A stretch of 64,000 nucleotides of DNA from Eledone cirrhosa (Eukaryota), in assembly GCA_964016885.1 (NCBI GenBank), contig OZ024743.1, forward strand, positions 237,708,001-237,772,000. The letters are read 5' to 3'. The translations under genes and the position numbers were made by a program. The notes beneath the pieces were generated by a model that was given only the letters and a program-made list of their open reading frames with translations, was not told the origin of the DNA and did not search any database. Shown here piece by piece: positions 1 to 13,410 of the stretch; within the stretch, counting starts at the first letter, position 1; every line of letters begins with the position of its first letter.

Positions 1-305
1 TCACATGCGCATCAGAAAATCTAATATATGTATTAATTTGCTCAGGTTGTCGAGAACAATACATAGGCCAGACCAAAAACAGCCTCCGCCAACGCATGAC
101 TGTCCATAGATCCCAAATTAAAATACGGGAATACAGGAAAATACCACTGAGTGAACACATTGATACCTGTGCCGCCCAAAATCATCCCAACTTCAGAATC
201 TTTCCCCTCTACAAATTTAAAGATAATGCCACCCACACCCAGCGCATCAGCAAGGAATCTTACTTTATTAACAAATACGGACCCCGTCTAAACACTTCTC
301 CCTAA
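1..305 (+). mobile_element. 3' end of Penelope-like element: GIY-YIG endonuclease
   Basis: Frame from nt 3 reads TCASENLIYVLICSGCREQYIGQTKNSLRQRMTVHRSQI...KESYFINKYGPRLN. It has the LIY...YIG motifs, catalytic R, and terminal E/LN, and resembles the EN at 61773-62252. Confidence 0.85.
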
Positions 306-974
306 GACGAACCCACAACATACACACGTCAACATACATACCTACATCAGCATACATCTCTATCCACATATAAACACAATGGCATACGTAAACACACATG
401 TTCTATGGTGCAACACAAATATACACAAATTTGCATACCTTTTGATGTCTATAGATATAAACGTGCCGACACACACACATACATAAACGCACACATGCAT
501 TGAACAATGATGGGCACATACATATTTGTACACAAGTATTCCAATACGGCAAGGCCTAATGGATTCCCCTTGCAGTACGTACAATCTGGACACTCACACA
601 CACCTTGGTATTATGCCAATACTATATATCATTTCACACCTTTTATTATTAAGGTTTTTGATGTTCTATTGAGAGAATCGTTTTTACTGAAAATATCGAA
701 TAATGTACACCATTTTACCAGTATCACAAAAATAAATACTGGTCCACCCACACACACATTCTCTCACACACACACACACACACATATATATACACACACA
801 CACATACACACGCGTACATTAACATACAAAGAGACATATACACACACACACACACACGCACACACTTCTCCGTTTAAGACAAGAGCTGAAAAATATCTTT
901 TAACATGTTAAAATATCACCCACACACTTACAGACACATTCCTATTGACGATCCCTCTACCACGAATTACTCTG

Positions 975-976
<2 letters not shown>

Positions 977-1043
<67 letters not shown>

Positions 1044-1125
1044 TCTTAATAGGCATTTGAACTGTCAACAGGCTGCGGTTCGCACACACATCCCTGCTGA
1101 CCATTATCACAACAACGAACCTCTT

Positions 1126-1190
<65 letters not shown>
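977..1190. repeat. (CA)n and (TAC)n microsatellites
   Basis: Perfect (CA)n at about 977-1040 and (TAC)n at about 1127-1190. Confidence 0.95.
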
Positions 1191-1191
<1 letters not shown>

Positions 1192-1787
1192 ACGCACACA
1201 CACATATTTGTTTTGAAAGACTTATTTTTCAGTGACTTCTCAATCAGCCGACACAAACCTACATTTGGCGCAAAATCAATTTTTAACATTCACATGACCT
1301 CTACCGACCAATCAAAATTGTTTTGACCACAAGAATTTTTGCAACACGAATTGGCGCGAAACTTATTTTAATACCGCTGGAGCCACTTTTTTCATATAAA
1401 AACAGGTAGAATTTCCAAAACTAATCAGATTAGAGCAAACATCACGGACGCTCTATCTCAAATTATTTTTGAAAAGCATTAGAAATGCGCAACCGTAAAA
1501 CTTAAAACCAAAACTGAATACTAACCAATACTATTACTAATTCTCACTTATCCTAATTAAACTATTTTTCACTGTGAACAATTTGTCAGCATTTTCTTTT
1601 CCGTTTACCAATATATATATATATATAGTAATAATAATAAATGTGAAGACTAAAATCCAGAGGCTCGATAAGGATAAATATATATCAAATATATAAGAAC
1701 CCTAGAGCAAATATGAGTTTCAGAAGATCCTGTTAAGGGTGAAAGTAGCGGTTCTTTGCTTAAACTTTAATCTCTTATTTTAATAAA

Positions 1788-1818
<31 letters not shown>

Positions 1819-2544
1819 TTACATATATATACATTTTTAACATGATAGAGCACCTAGCCCAACACTTACCCCCCTCTCACACACACACGCAGACGCACAC
1901 ACACACACGCACACGCACACGCACGCACACACACACGCTTACACCTCCACTTATTCTCTCTCACACACACACATACACACACAAAGACCAGTTTTAACAT
2001 GATAGAGCATCTAGCCCCCACATTTACATATAGACATATCTTCTCACACTCACACACACACACACAATCACACACACACACACAATCACACACACACACA
2101 CACACACGCATACTTACGCCTTCACGTATTCTCCCACACACTTAAACATACATGTACAAAACCCCTTTTAAAGGGAGACAACTCTTTATCCACCCAACCT
2201 TCACTCTTTGACATTAAAGATAGAATGGAATCTCTATACCATTTCCTGTCAGCATGAATTGGCAAGCTAATTAGAACACTGGATTAACCCCTTTACTTCC
2301 CTCCGAAGAAGAGATATTATCTCGAAAATTAAGGATATTTAAATAAATTTAAGGTAAAAGACTAATTGTAAACAATATCTTTTGCATTTATATTCTATAT
2401 CCATACCTGCATTGTTTTGGCCTTCCAACTCCAAACGTTTATACCTCATTACGCAATGCTTCAAGTAAACTACAACTCCCTCCTTTTATATATATATATA
2501 TTTATATATATATATTATGTACTATGTATGTATTATGTATTATG

Positions 2545-3065
2545 TATGTATCCTACACACCTCCCTATAGTTTCTTAGCTTTACTCTCTCCGTCGCTCTT
2601 CCCTCTCTCTATAATAGATCATCCCCCTCTCTATAATTTAATTGCTTTACTCTCTCTGTCGCTCTTCACTCTCAAATATTGTAAAGCTTAGCGTCGTCTC
2701 TCTCTCTCTCTCTCCCTCTTTCACCCTCTCTATAATTTAACTGCTTTACTCTCTGTCTCTTTTCACTCTCTATATGACAACACTCTTTTACCTTCCGTAG
2801 AGATGAGCGTTATATGTAAATTCGGTCCACACGTATGTATCCTACACACCTCTCTATAGTTTCTTAGCTTTACTCTCTCCGTCGCTCTTCCCTCTCTCTA
2901 TAATAGATGATTCCCCCTCTCTATAATTTAACTGCTTTACTCTCTCTGTCGCTCATTACTCTCTTATATTATAAAGCTGAGCGTCGTCTCTCTCTCTCTC
3001 CCTCTTTCACCCTCTCTGTAATTTAACTGCTTTACTCTCTGTCTCTCTTCATTCTCTATATGACA
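2545..3065. repeat. Tandem duplication, period about 289 bp
   Basis: TATGTATCCTACACACCTC...TAGTTTCTTAGCTTTACTCTCTCCGTCGCTC starts at about 2545 and again at about 2834. Confidence 0.85.
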
Positions 3066-3337
3066 GCAGGTAATACATACATCAAATAGCAACCCTCTTA
3101 GAGAGACAAAGAGTGAAAGAGACATATTAGAAAAACTACACACACACACCATCCAAAGAGAGAGAGGAGAGAGGAGAGAGAGACAGGGAAAGAGAAACAA
3201 GGGGACGGGCAAGCAGGTAATACATACATCTAAAATAATTTGATACGAATATCATAATATAATGGTTGCAGAACGAAAATACAGACAAATATAATAATGT
3301 ATGTTAACCACACACTTTTTCTGTCGTCGCATGCATA

Positions 3338-3399
<62 letters not shown>

Positions 3400-3516
3400 G
3401 ATTTCGCCAATTGCCGGATAACATCAAAACAAAAACACACAGACACACATGCACATACACACATACACAAACACACATACACACACACAAACATACACAC
3501 ACACATATCTATACTT

Positions 3517-3548
<32 letters not shown>

Positions 3549-3899
3549 TGTATGTATGTATGTATGCATGTATGTATAGTTCTTCTGGTTTTATAATTTC
3601 CCAATTTTTTTCCCAATAAAGAGAGAGTCGGTTTCTAACATAGACACAAGACTCTCTCATTGGAATTTACACAACATCAACTAGGTAGATAGGTCTGCAT
3701 GTCTGCATGCATGTGTAGATATGGATGTTATTGTGTGTGTGGATGTGGATGTTTTGAGTTGTATGTGTGCATGTGTATATGCTTTGTATCTGTACATGTG
3801 TATATGCAGTTATTAGATGCAACATTTTTGGAATGTTTTACATATTTTTACTGTTCCATTAATGGATTGTACTTGTAATTTCCTAACTAGTTGTGTTCT

Positions 3900-4618
3900 T
3901 TCTGTTCTTTTTTACGAACTGCATTGTACAGTGTTTTGGCCACTACATCATGCCTCATAGGTAGATAGTACCGCGATGACACCTTTGGACAGCTGCTGAT
4001 GACATGGGTGATATCCTCGATGTTAGTTCTTCAGAGTCTGCACTTGTTATCACATCTAGGTGTTTTGCCTGCATCCCTATCTCTTTTGTGAATCAGATAT
4101 TTCGTATTAATCTCCTGTTCCTGGATTGCAAAAGCGTGTCCTTCAAATATAGCGATTGTTGGTCGAAGATAGACTACTTTCCTTATCTATATTACTCTCA
4201 CTCTGGAGCTTCCTGGCAACATATCCATGCATGATTTTTTGCTGATAGGCATGCAGTTTTTCATCCATGGATTCACTGCGATACTGCTGAGCAACTTCCC
4301 TGGGTGTGAGTTTTGATTATCACACGGGGAATATCTCTCGAGGAGTTCTTTCCCAACTCTCATGATCTTATCTGTTTCATGCAGATAGACTTGCTCGAGA
4401 AACGGGCTCCTACGCTTCGAGGTTCGTAGATGTTGTCGGAGAGATATGATGCCTTTGCTCACTATAAAAGCTTCACGGCACAGGCATTGCTTTATATCTG
4501 GAGATCTCTCTGCCCTTGTCGTCACATGGTACCATGGGCCCAGCACTATGTGTCAATAATTGTCACAAGTGTAGTGTTTGTACCAGAGTTTTCAAGTTGC
4601 TGGCTGGACTAAAATGTT
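3900..4618 (-). mobile_element. Decayed RLE-type non-LTR retrotransposon (R4/Dong-like) fragment
   Basis: Minus strand reads FEGHAFAIQEQEINTKY...KCRL*RTNIEDITHVISSCPKVSSRYYLPMRHDVVAK (CCHC knuckle plus RHD motif). Truncated by the gap. Confidence 0.75.
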
Positions 4619-4818
4619 NNNNNNNNNNNNNNNNNNNNNNNNNNNNNNNNNNNNNNNNNNNNNNNNNNNNNNNNNNNNNNNNNNNNNNNNNNNNNNNNNN
4701 NNNNNNNNNNNNNNNNNNNNNNNNNNNNNNNNNNNNNNNNNNNNNNNNNNNNNNNNNNNNNNNNNNNNNNNNNNNNNNNNNNNNNNNNNNNNNNNNNNNN
4801 NNNNNNNNNNNNNNNNNN
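4619..4818. other. Assembly gap
   Basis: Run of 200 N. Confidence 1.
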
Positions 4819-5548
4819 CTTTTTATGACATAAAAAATTTCACTATACACATATATATATATACATAAAAAATAAACGATTAATATTCATGCCCTCACAT
4901 ATATGTGATTACCGTTCATGTATTTAATATTATGCATATCTGTAACATATACAGAACTATAGCTATATATATATACATATATGTATATACAAAATATCTG
5001 CGTGAGTATTCAAGCATCTCTATGCACACATACAGACACATGAACACATAACATAAACTCTATAAGCCTTCTATATGCATGTTAATACACATACGGCCTT
5101 TGTATAGAGATAATCAAATATCAATATATCAGCACAGAAACATCAAAACGCTAAAATATTTTCAACACACTATAGAGTATCTCAGGCAAAAGACAATATG
5201 CTTCATATATTTACCACAGAAATCTATCCTTCCAATTTTTCAGACAATATATTGCAAAGTCTTTTAGAAGCAATCAGAGTCAAAAAAGCAAATAAAAAAC
5301 AAAAATTATTTAACAAAAATTATTTAAAAGATTTAGAAGACCCAGTGATTCTACGGATGCCCTTATATTTAGTATAGAAATTTATCTTGCGTAAAAATTA
5401 TTTAATACATTGGGAGCATATACATTTTAGAGTAGTTTAATTACATCTTTGTTTATATTTATGAAGAAGGTTTAAAAAGAAAAAGGTGAAGGAATCAAAA
5501 GATTTATCGTCAGGTTCATATATTAATTAGATTTCTTAATTAATTATA

Positions 5549-7607
5549 CTACATTTTAAATTTATATTTATATTTAAACGTTGAGTTCAATCTATGTCTG
5601 CAGCAACTGAATAAATTGCTCCTTAAATTAAGGGAATTTTTGGATTTTAAAATAAATCTCCTCCACACAGAGATCACATGTCTCAGATGAGGAATTAAAA
5701 GGAATCCCTCTTGAGACAATATTCCAAACCATCGAATACTCAACATTATCTCGTTTAAGTTGCCAGAGTAGGCTTGATAGCGAAGTTGAGGATTTTTTGT
5801 TTGGATCTGTGAAAGAATTCTTATGATTATTGAAGCGAAGTTTAAATTCTGTCGAGATGGAACCAACATAGTTGAAAGAATTTAAGTTAGTTTTAACATT
5901 ACAATTGTATACTATATTTTTAACTAAGCAATTGTTATTTAACGGACAGTTAGATTTATTTTTACAGTTACAGTTATTTAATTGAATATTGTTTGGGTTA
6001 TTATTGGTATTTTGGTTAGGTTTTAAATTCCTATTGTTAATTCTGTTAATATTTTGTGCTAAAATTTTGGTGGACGAGTAAGTTAATTTTATAGTATGTC
6101 TATTAAAAATTGAGTGATATTTATGTGTTCTAGGGAAGCGTTTGTCAAGAGCATTAAAGAATAGTTTAGCAATACGGGTTTTAATATTTAGTGAAAAAAA
6201 AGGGGGGGGGGCAAACCATATTATATTTCTAGTTCTATTTCTTTTTCGGCTTTTGGAATTATTGTAATGTTTTCTATTATAGTTGTTAATGTTGTTACCG
6301 TAATTAAAATTGTTATTATTTTGGTTAGTTTGCTTATTATTATCGATGTACTTAATTTTATCACTATATCCTGCTCTAGCTAACGCTTCATTGTAATACT
6401 GCGCTTTTTCGTCAAAAATATTTTTATTAGATGAAATTCTTGAAATTCGTTCTTGAACAGAGTTCACTATAGTATTTTTAACAGATCTGGGGTGATTAGA
6501 GTTAAAATTGACATAATTCAAGTTCTCATTTAATTTGTGAAATGAATAGTGAAGACATGTGTTGAGATTTAGTGTTACATCTAGGAAATTGACTATTCTA
6601 TGGTTATTCTCTATTTCTATTTTTAGATTAAGGTAATTAAAAAATTGTATAATTTGTTTTCTTTTTCTATTTAGTTCACAGTTATTATTTTCAATAAGTA
6701 AAAGCATGTCATCACGATATAATCCTCCGGTTACACCTGGTATTTTTCTATGCAGCGAATTAATTATAAATAGGCCCACAAGGTCCGTTACCTGAGCTGA
6801 GTCAGATGATCCCATAGTTATGTCGAAATTATTATCTCTATCTGCCCTAGTCCATAGTTGGTTATTAAATTCTATCAATGTTTTCCTTGCCGATAATATA
6901 ATGTGCATTTCATTGCTAGTTAGGTCTGTATGTTTAAATGCGTAATTTAGTGCCTTATTCAGTAGATTAGGGGTGATAGATGAATAGTAGTTAGCAATAT
7001 CAAGTTGAATAAACTTATTATTATAGCTATATTTAATTTCTTTAAACCACTCAATAACCTCACCAGTCCCCTTCCATAACTTTAAGTAAGGTAAATTATG
7101 TAGGTTTTTAATTTGCTGTATTACCCTGTCTAGAATGTTTTTGCTAAGTTTTCCCAGGTCAGATTTTGATGGTGCAATCAATCTGACTGGCAAATCATTT
7201 TCAAAATTTCTTTTGTGATCTTTCATATTGATCTTGGGTTTCCTAGGCATGAAGGGTTGTGTTTTATTCTCAATGTCTAATTCATGAATTATACAAGATG
7301 CCTCTGCATTCATTTATTCCAGTTCGTCCTTACTTGCTACCTTGTACTTTTTCCTTAGTTCTTTCAATATAAGGCCATTATACATGTCCTTTTGTACTCC
7401 ATAAAGGTTATTGGTCTTGTCCGTTCTTTCCAAGCCTTCAATATTATCCTTAATGCATCTTAGATAGTCCTGGCCTTTGAAGTTTCTCTTGAATTTGATT
7501 CCTTGGATTATAGAAATTATATCGTTTTCAAAATCCATTAATAGTTTGTTGGGGTGGATTTTTTTTAGATTTGAAAACTTTATCCAAATCTTTATCCATT
7601 TATTCAC
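5549..7607 (-). mobile_element. Penelope-like element, probably Naiad clade (RT + GIY-YIG), disrupted
   Basis: ORFs 7314-7607 and 5628-7313 are in frame and separated by one TAA. RT motifs: DIANYYSSI, ITMGSSDSAQV, GLYRDD, NFLDVTL, SNHP. EN: CLVKNIVY...YVG...FKLRFNNH...CDLCVEE. A frameshift leads to the LNLRSNLFSCCRH tail in ORF 5549-5869. Confidence 0.9.
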
Positions 7608-7807
7608 CTCCTCCTTCTTTCTCTCTCCCCTCTCTCTCTCTGTTTTTCTTTACCTCAGCTTCTTCTTTTTTTCTCCGTTTTTTTAAACTGTGCTTAACAC
7701 TATAACTAAATAATTATAAACACTTCACTACCAAGGCAGCCTCCTAATTTAATGGTCGCTTATATTATGGTACGTCAAAATTATTTATAAAACTGTTTAT
7801 ATATTGT

Positions 7808-7875
7808 ATTTTATCTGACGAAGGCATGCCATATTTTTAATATGGTATCCCTGAAATATGTATAATGAAATAAAT
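7808..7875 (+). ncRNA. Degenerate type I hammerhead ribozyme (PLE pLTR-like)
   Basis: CTGACGA (7815), long stem II AGGCATGCCATATT/AATATGGTATCCCT, then GAAA TATG TA. Stem I pairs poorly. Confidence 0.5.
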
Positions 7876-7999
7876 ATGGTTTTATAAATATAGTTCCATT
7901 TGTTTAAAATCGTATATCTACTCCAAAAACTTGTCGAGTACTTTATATCAGTTATAAAATATTTACTTGTTGTAACCCAACAATTTTAAATAAAACTTT

Positions 8000-8254
<255 letters not shown>

Positions 8255-8291
8255 CTTATATATGTATTAAATCCGGTGGTAAGCAGTAAGT

Positions 8292-8364
8292 CAGCAGGTA
8301 GCTCAGTAGGTAGAGCAGAGGACTGTAGTTTGTTAGGTCGATGGTTCGAATCCGTCAAGTAACT
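8292..8364 (+). pseudogene. tRNA-Tyr(GTA)-derived pseudogene or SINE head
   Basis: TAGCTCAGTAGGTAGAGCAGAGGACTGTAG...TTAGGTCGATGGTTCGAATCCGTC. D and T arms (A/B boxes) are intact with anticodon GTA, but the acceptor stem and 3' anticodon stem do not pair. Confidence 0.75.
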
Positions 8365-8832
8365 AAGGGCTCGAATTAGGGTTAGAATAAGGGATAGAAG
8401 AAAAGTTAGAATTTGGGTAAGGGTTAGAATTAGAATAATGGATAGAATAAGGGTTGGAATTACGATTAGGGTTAAAATTGGAATAATGGATAGAAGAAAG
8501 ATTAGAATTAGGGTTCGAATAAGGGTTAAGGGTTCGAATTATGGTCAGAATAAGGGTAAGGGCTTGATTAGAATTCGGTTTAGAATTCGAATAAGGGTGG
8601 GAAGAAGGGTAAGGGTTCGAATTATGGTCAGAATAAGGGTAAGGGCTTGATTAGAATTCGGGTCAGAATTTGAATAAGGGTGGGAAGAAGGCCTAGAATA
8701 AATTAGGGTTAGAATTAGAATAATGGGTTCAAGTTAGGGATAGATTAAGGGTAAGGGTTCGAATTAGGGTTAGAATTAGAATAAGGGATAGAAGAAAGGT
8801 TAGAATAAGTGTTAGAATTAGAATAAGCTTAG
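8365..8832 (+). repeat. Degenerate telomere-like hexamer array (TTAGGG/TAAGGG/TTAGAA/TTCGAA)
   Basis: 6-nt periodicity with several exact TTAGGG units and a higher-order repeat of about 80 bp. Confidence 0.8.
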
Positions 8833-9457
8833 CTCGGCTTGGCCTGGCTCTGTTCCGTTCCGTTTCAATTTAACCTTTGTGTTGAGAAATTAACTCTCAC
8901 TCTTATCTTTCCTTAAAAAACTTAGTAGTTAAATTCCGGTGATATTTACTCGAGTGAATAACTCCGGCTCAGCTCAGCATATATATATATTTAATACATA
9001 CATTTTGAGTACAAAATTGGAGATGATGCAGTTTAATCCACTAGCTTAGCTTATTGTTTATAATATATTTCAAATACAAATATTAAAATGAAGTCATTTA
9101 ATTATGCTTTCAAAACTTATTTATTACAAGCAGGAACGGCACCTTCCAGGAAAATTTAATATATATGTTACCAGCAAAGAGGGAATGTCCAGGCATTATG
9201 TATTCTGTAAAATACAGAATACATAAAGCTTTGCACAATGCTTGTAACATATATAATGTATGAGTATGAACCCACACTAACATATTTGAATGTGAATTTT
9301 GTTTACCAGTATTTATTTCCTAGAGGACAGACACACAGACACTGGTTTTTATATAGAGATAAAATATAAGTATTTATGAATTTAGAAAAAACTGGGATTT
9401 TTTAATATATTCAAGAGAATATTGCTCTTTTTTATGATAACATTTCATTTACATGCA

Positions 9458-9665
9458 TTATCTTCTGTTTAAATCTTCAAGGGTTTGAGGTAAATCTTTA
9501 TCTTTCGTTTCTGGTAGTAATAGCAACAATAAACCAGATATCACAGACAAAAGACCATAGATGCTTAGAGGAAGCCATGAAACATAGAATGATAGTTGAA
9601 GTATAAAAGGGGCACAGATACCACCGATACGGGCACACACAGAAGATATGCCTAAACCATTTGTT
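9458..9665 (-). CDS. SLC22/organic cation transporter-like, terminal coding exon (TM11-12)
   Basis: Acceptor TTTTTGTTTTTCAG|A. Reads TNGLGISSVCARIGGICAPF...LLLPETKDKDLPQTLEDLNRR* (ARIG and PETK motifs). Confidence 0.9.
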
Positions 9666-11789
9666 CTGAAAAACAAAAACGATTTGTTACTTTACATATA
9701 TTTCTGTTAGAATTTGACTAATATGTGTTTGTTTTAAGTATTTCAATTATATATCTGATACCACCCTTTCTCTGTAAAGTTATGTTGGTACCACAACATC
9801 AAGTCCAAAATAAATGAGGTCGTGTAGGTGTCACGGCAAAAAAACACACTGTCCACACTGTAATATGGCCGTGTAGGTAACACGGTAAAAACCTCCCAGT
9901 CCACACTGTAAACGTGGTTGGTGTTAGGAAGGGCATCCAGCCGTAGGAACCTGCCAGACAGTCCTATACGAGCGAGAACGGTCAATAAATTGAGCATTAT
10001 TTTAATTGGCCTTTTATCTATGGATATCCTGCATACACACACACACACACACACATACGCACACACACACCCACACCCACACCCACACCCACACCCACAA
10101 ATATGTATGTATCTATGTATTTATGTATATATATATATTACCTTTGGGTACAAAATTGGAGATGATGGAGTTTAATCCACTAAACATCATGAAAAAACTA
10201 ATGGGTTTTCTGACAGGACCTGCTGGAAGGAGTGTTTGAAGACTCTGCCCCCAGAGCCCTCTCAAGAAGAAGAAGAAGAATTACATAAGAGAGAAAACGA
10301 TACCAAATTGGATTGATTCCAACATTATTTTATCACTTAGTCATAGGAAGAAGGAAAGCAGCTATGACCCCTTTTTAGAATCAGCAAGACTGGAGAGAAG
10401 GTTGGAGGAACATCTTCAGACCTGAATGCTTGCAACTGAGTGGATTCTGTTAAAGGCACACAAGAACTAGATGTTTCTCTCTAACATTCAATAATAATCT
10501 CTCACAGACTTACACACAATTTCTGCTTACTAAATTTCCCTCACATGTGCCATGACAAAACGCACCCAGTCCACCATGTAAGTTGCTGGTGCCATAAAAA
10601 TAAGCTCCCAGTACACATTGTGATGTGGCTAGCATTAGGAAGGGCATCCAGCTGTAGAAAACCAAGCCCAAATTAGATTGTATGAGTAATACGTTGTCAC
10701 ATAACCTGCCTGGCTTCATAACGTAACAACTTGTCTAACCCATACATGTAAAAGGAAGGAAGGAGATGGTGAAAAAATTAGAGCAAAACATCAGCTGGCG
10801 TTCCATTTGCTATGCTGTGTATGAGTGTATGTGAATGTGTATGTTTGTGTAAATGTATGTGTGTGTGTTTGTGTGAATGTATGCGTGAGTTTGTGTGAAT
10901 GTATGTGTATTTGTGTGAATGTATGTCTGTGAGTGTGTATTTTTGTAAGTGCATCTGTGCTTGTGCACTTATATTTATATACACATGCACACACACATAC
11001 ACATACATGTCAGCATGTTGAAAAGAATCATAGTACAATAAAACACAAAAATGTTATCAATATAAAGATAGTAAATCTTCGATATTCTTCAGTTCATCTC
11101 TATACCTGATACAACAACAAATATTTTAAGAACATTTTCCAAACTAAATCAAGGGTTAGCCTTTTAGGCACAATGAGAAGCTTCTCCATTTTGTCTTATT
11201 TTCTGCACCTCCCTCTCACCAACTCCCTGGTTTTCATTTCTTCTTCTATCACATTAAGCCATGTCTTTCATGTTTGTTTGCTTCCTCCATTTCCTTTCAC
11301 ATTCATTATTCCTCTCAATCAGCCATATTCATCCTTCCTCAACACATGATCCAACCATCTCATTCCATTTCTGTGACTGTGTATCTTGGTTTTCGATAGG
11401 TACACCATATCTCTGCAGTTTGTAAGAGGTGATGACTAAAAACGGCTGATACCAGGAAGGAGGGCATGAAGCCATAAAACATTGTTCCTCAAAAGGGCCC
11501 TGTGATATGTATAACTAAATATTTTACAATAATACTTTAATACACCTAAATGTTGCCCCTTAAAAACGCCCCATGATATGTATAACTTAATACATTGCAG
11601 TAATACAATAATACACCTAAACATTGCACTCCCACCAAACAGACTCCATGATATGTATAATAAATTAATATTGTGTCCCCATACCCCTCTAAAGGGCTCT
11701 ATAATATGTATAACTTAATACATTACAGTAATATAATAATAGAGCTATATGTTATGAGGCATTGAAGAATATAACAAAGACATACTTAC

Positions 11790-12059
11790 CAACTAAAACA
11801 AATATTAAGTGTGATCATTGCAAGCCGGAATGTTCTAAACAGATCAATAAAACTGTAGCTTCGCTCATTTTTTGATATTTTTTTCTCATGTGTATTTTGT
11901 TGAAAACCGTTTTCCAATGAAATCTCCTCATTATTTGTAAAAATATCAAAAACTTCTTCCTGATCTATTTTATTTTTCTTCATAATTTTCTTTAAAATTA
12001 GTTGTGCTTCTCTGAAATGTTTTCTTCCAATAAGCCACCTTGGAGACTCAGGAATACAC
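11790..12059 (-). CDS. SLC22-like coding exon 6 (central loop, PESPRWL)
   Basis: ATTCCAG|G acceptor and TG|GTAAGT donor. Reads CIPESPRWLIGRK...SFIDLFRTFRLAMITLNICFS(W); 270 nt, phase 2-2. Confidence 0.93.
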
Positions 12060-12130
12060 CTGGAATATTAATATAAAAAAATAAAGAAAGGATGTTGAGT
12101 TTTAGTGTTTGAAGAATGTGAAATAAATTA

Positions 12131-12282
12131 CCATATTTCCCGGCATTGAAGACGCTACTTTTTTCCTAAAATAAGTTTCAAAAATCTACCTTGCATCTTG
12201 GAGACCGAAGGTTGTTTATTATATAATAAAAAAAATTTTAGTTGTCAAAATTATGGTGCATCCTCGGCGCCGGGAAATATGT
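12131..12282. mobile_element. Tc1/mariner(pogo)-type MITE
   Basis: TIRs CCATATTTCCCGGC...GCCGGGAAATATGT flanked by TA on both sides. Confidence 0.65.
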
Positions 12283-12603
12283 TAGGTACCGATATGACTG
12301 TGAGGTTTAGGAGTTGGCTTTGCAATTGAAATGTGGTAGACAGAAACTGTGGAGTAACCCATAGTTAATTTAAATACTATATATATAAACATAGTTTAAC
12401 TTGTGCCAAAATCTCCAAAAGGTGAAAAATGTAGACCAAACTAACTAATACAAGAGAATTTCACTTGCATCTTTGGCGTAAGTTAAACTGTGTTTATATG
12501 CTTTTCTGATCTACACATTTTAACCTATCTTATTCACTGAGATGTTCCATGTAGTATGGTAAAAAAATTTTCTTTTTCTCTGTTGGTTATATATATATAT
12601 CTC

Positions 12604-13410
12604 CATCATCATCATCATTTTCACGCTAGCATGGGTTAGATGGGTTTGTCCCATTTAGTGGCAAGTTGGGTTGGGTGACTGTATCTCGCTCATGTAGGAC
12701 TGTTTCTGGCTGTTTTTTTATGGCTGGATGTCCTTCCTAGTGCCAACCACATTTACAGTGTGTGCTGGGTGTTTTTTGCTGTGTCTTTTACACGACCACT
12801 TTACAGTGTGGGCTGGATGTTTATGACGATTTTCCATGCTAGCATGGGTTAGACGGGTTGTCCTGTTGTGGGCAATGCTAGGTCTGGTGACCATGTCTTG
12901 CTCATACAGGACTGATTCTGGCTTGGTTTCTACAGCTGGATGCCCTTCCTAATGTGAACCTCATTTACAGTGAGTACAGGGTGCTTTTCGTCGTGACGCC
13001 TACATGACCACTTGACAGTGTGGGCTAGGTGCTTTTTGTTGTGACACCTACACGACCACTTTACAGTGTGGGCTGGGGGTTTCACTTGATGCATTTACTT
13101 TGGTCTATCCTGATGGGGGTGTATGGGAGGATGGGTTGGGGCATACTGTATATATGCTTTGGTTTGTGCTTGTGGGAAGTTGGGTCGTCTGTATTACTGC
13201 GTATCACCAGAGATCTCGGTCATGTGTCATTGCCTTTGAGAGGTGCAATTGGGCATGGTCGGCTTTTATCACCTCATCATAAGTTTTCCTGGATCTTCCC
13301 ACTCCAAGGCTTCCATCAACCTTATGCTCTCTGCACTTTTTTATGCAGGTGTCATGCTTCCTATGCATCACATGTCCATATCAACACAATCTCTTCTCCT
13401 GCACCTCTGG
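12604..13410 (-). mobile_element. SINE tails plus RTE 3' fragment
   Basis: (CAT)n tail and the GCTAGCATGGGTTAGA / CTGGATGCCCTTCCTAA / TTTACAGTGTGGGCTGG modules. 13190-13410 matches the RTE 3' end at 53460-53670. Confidence 0.7.

Noticed and set aside
8292-8364. Functional tRNA-Tyr gene
   Set aside because: Acceptor and anticodon stems do not pair, and there is no downstream T-run terminator.
10140-11760. Hidden SLC22 TM7-10 exons
   Set aside because: Manual minus-strand reading found stops, SINE/RTE remnants and simple repeats only (not exhaustive).
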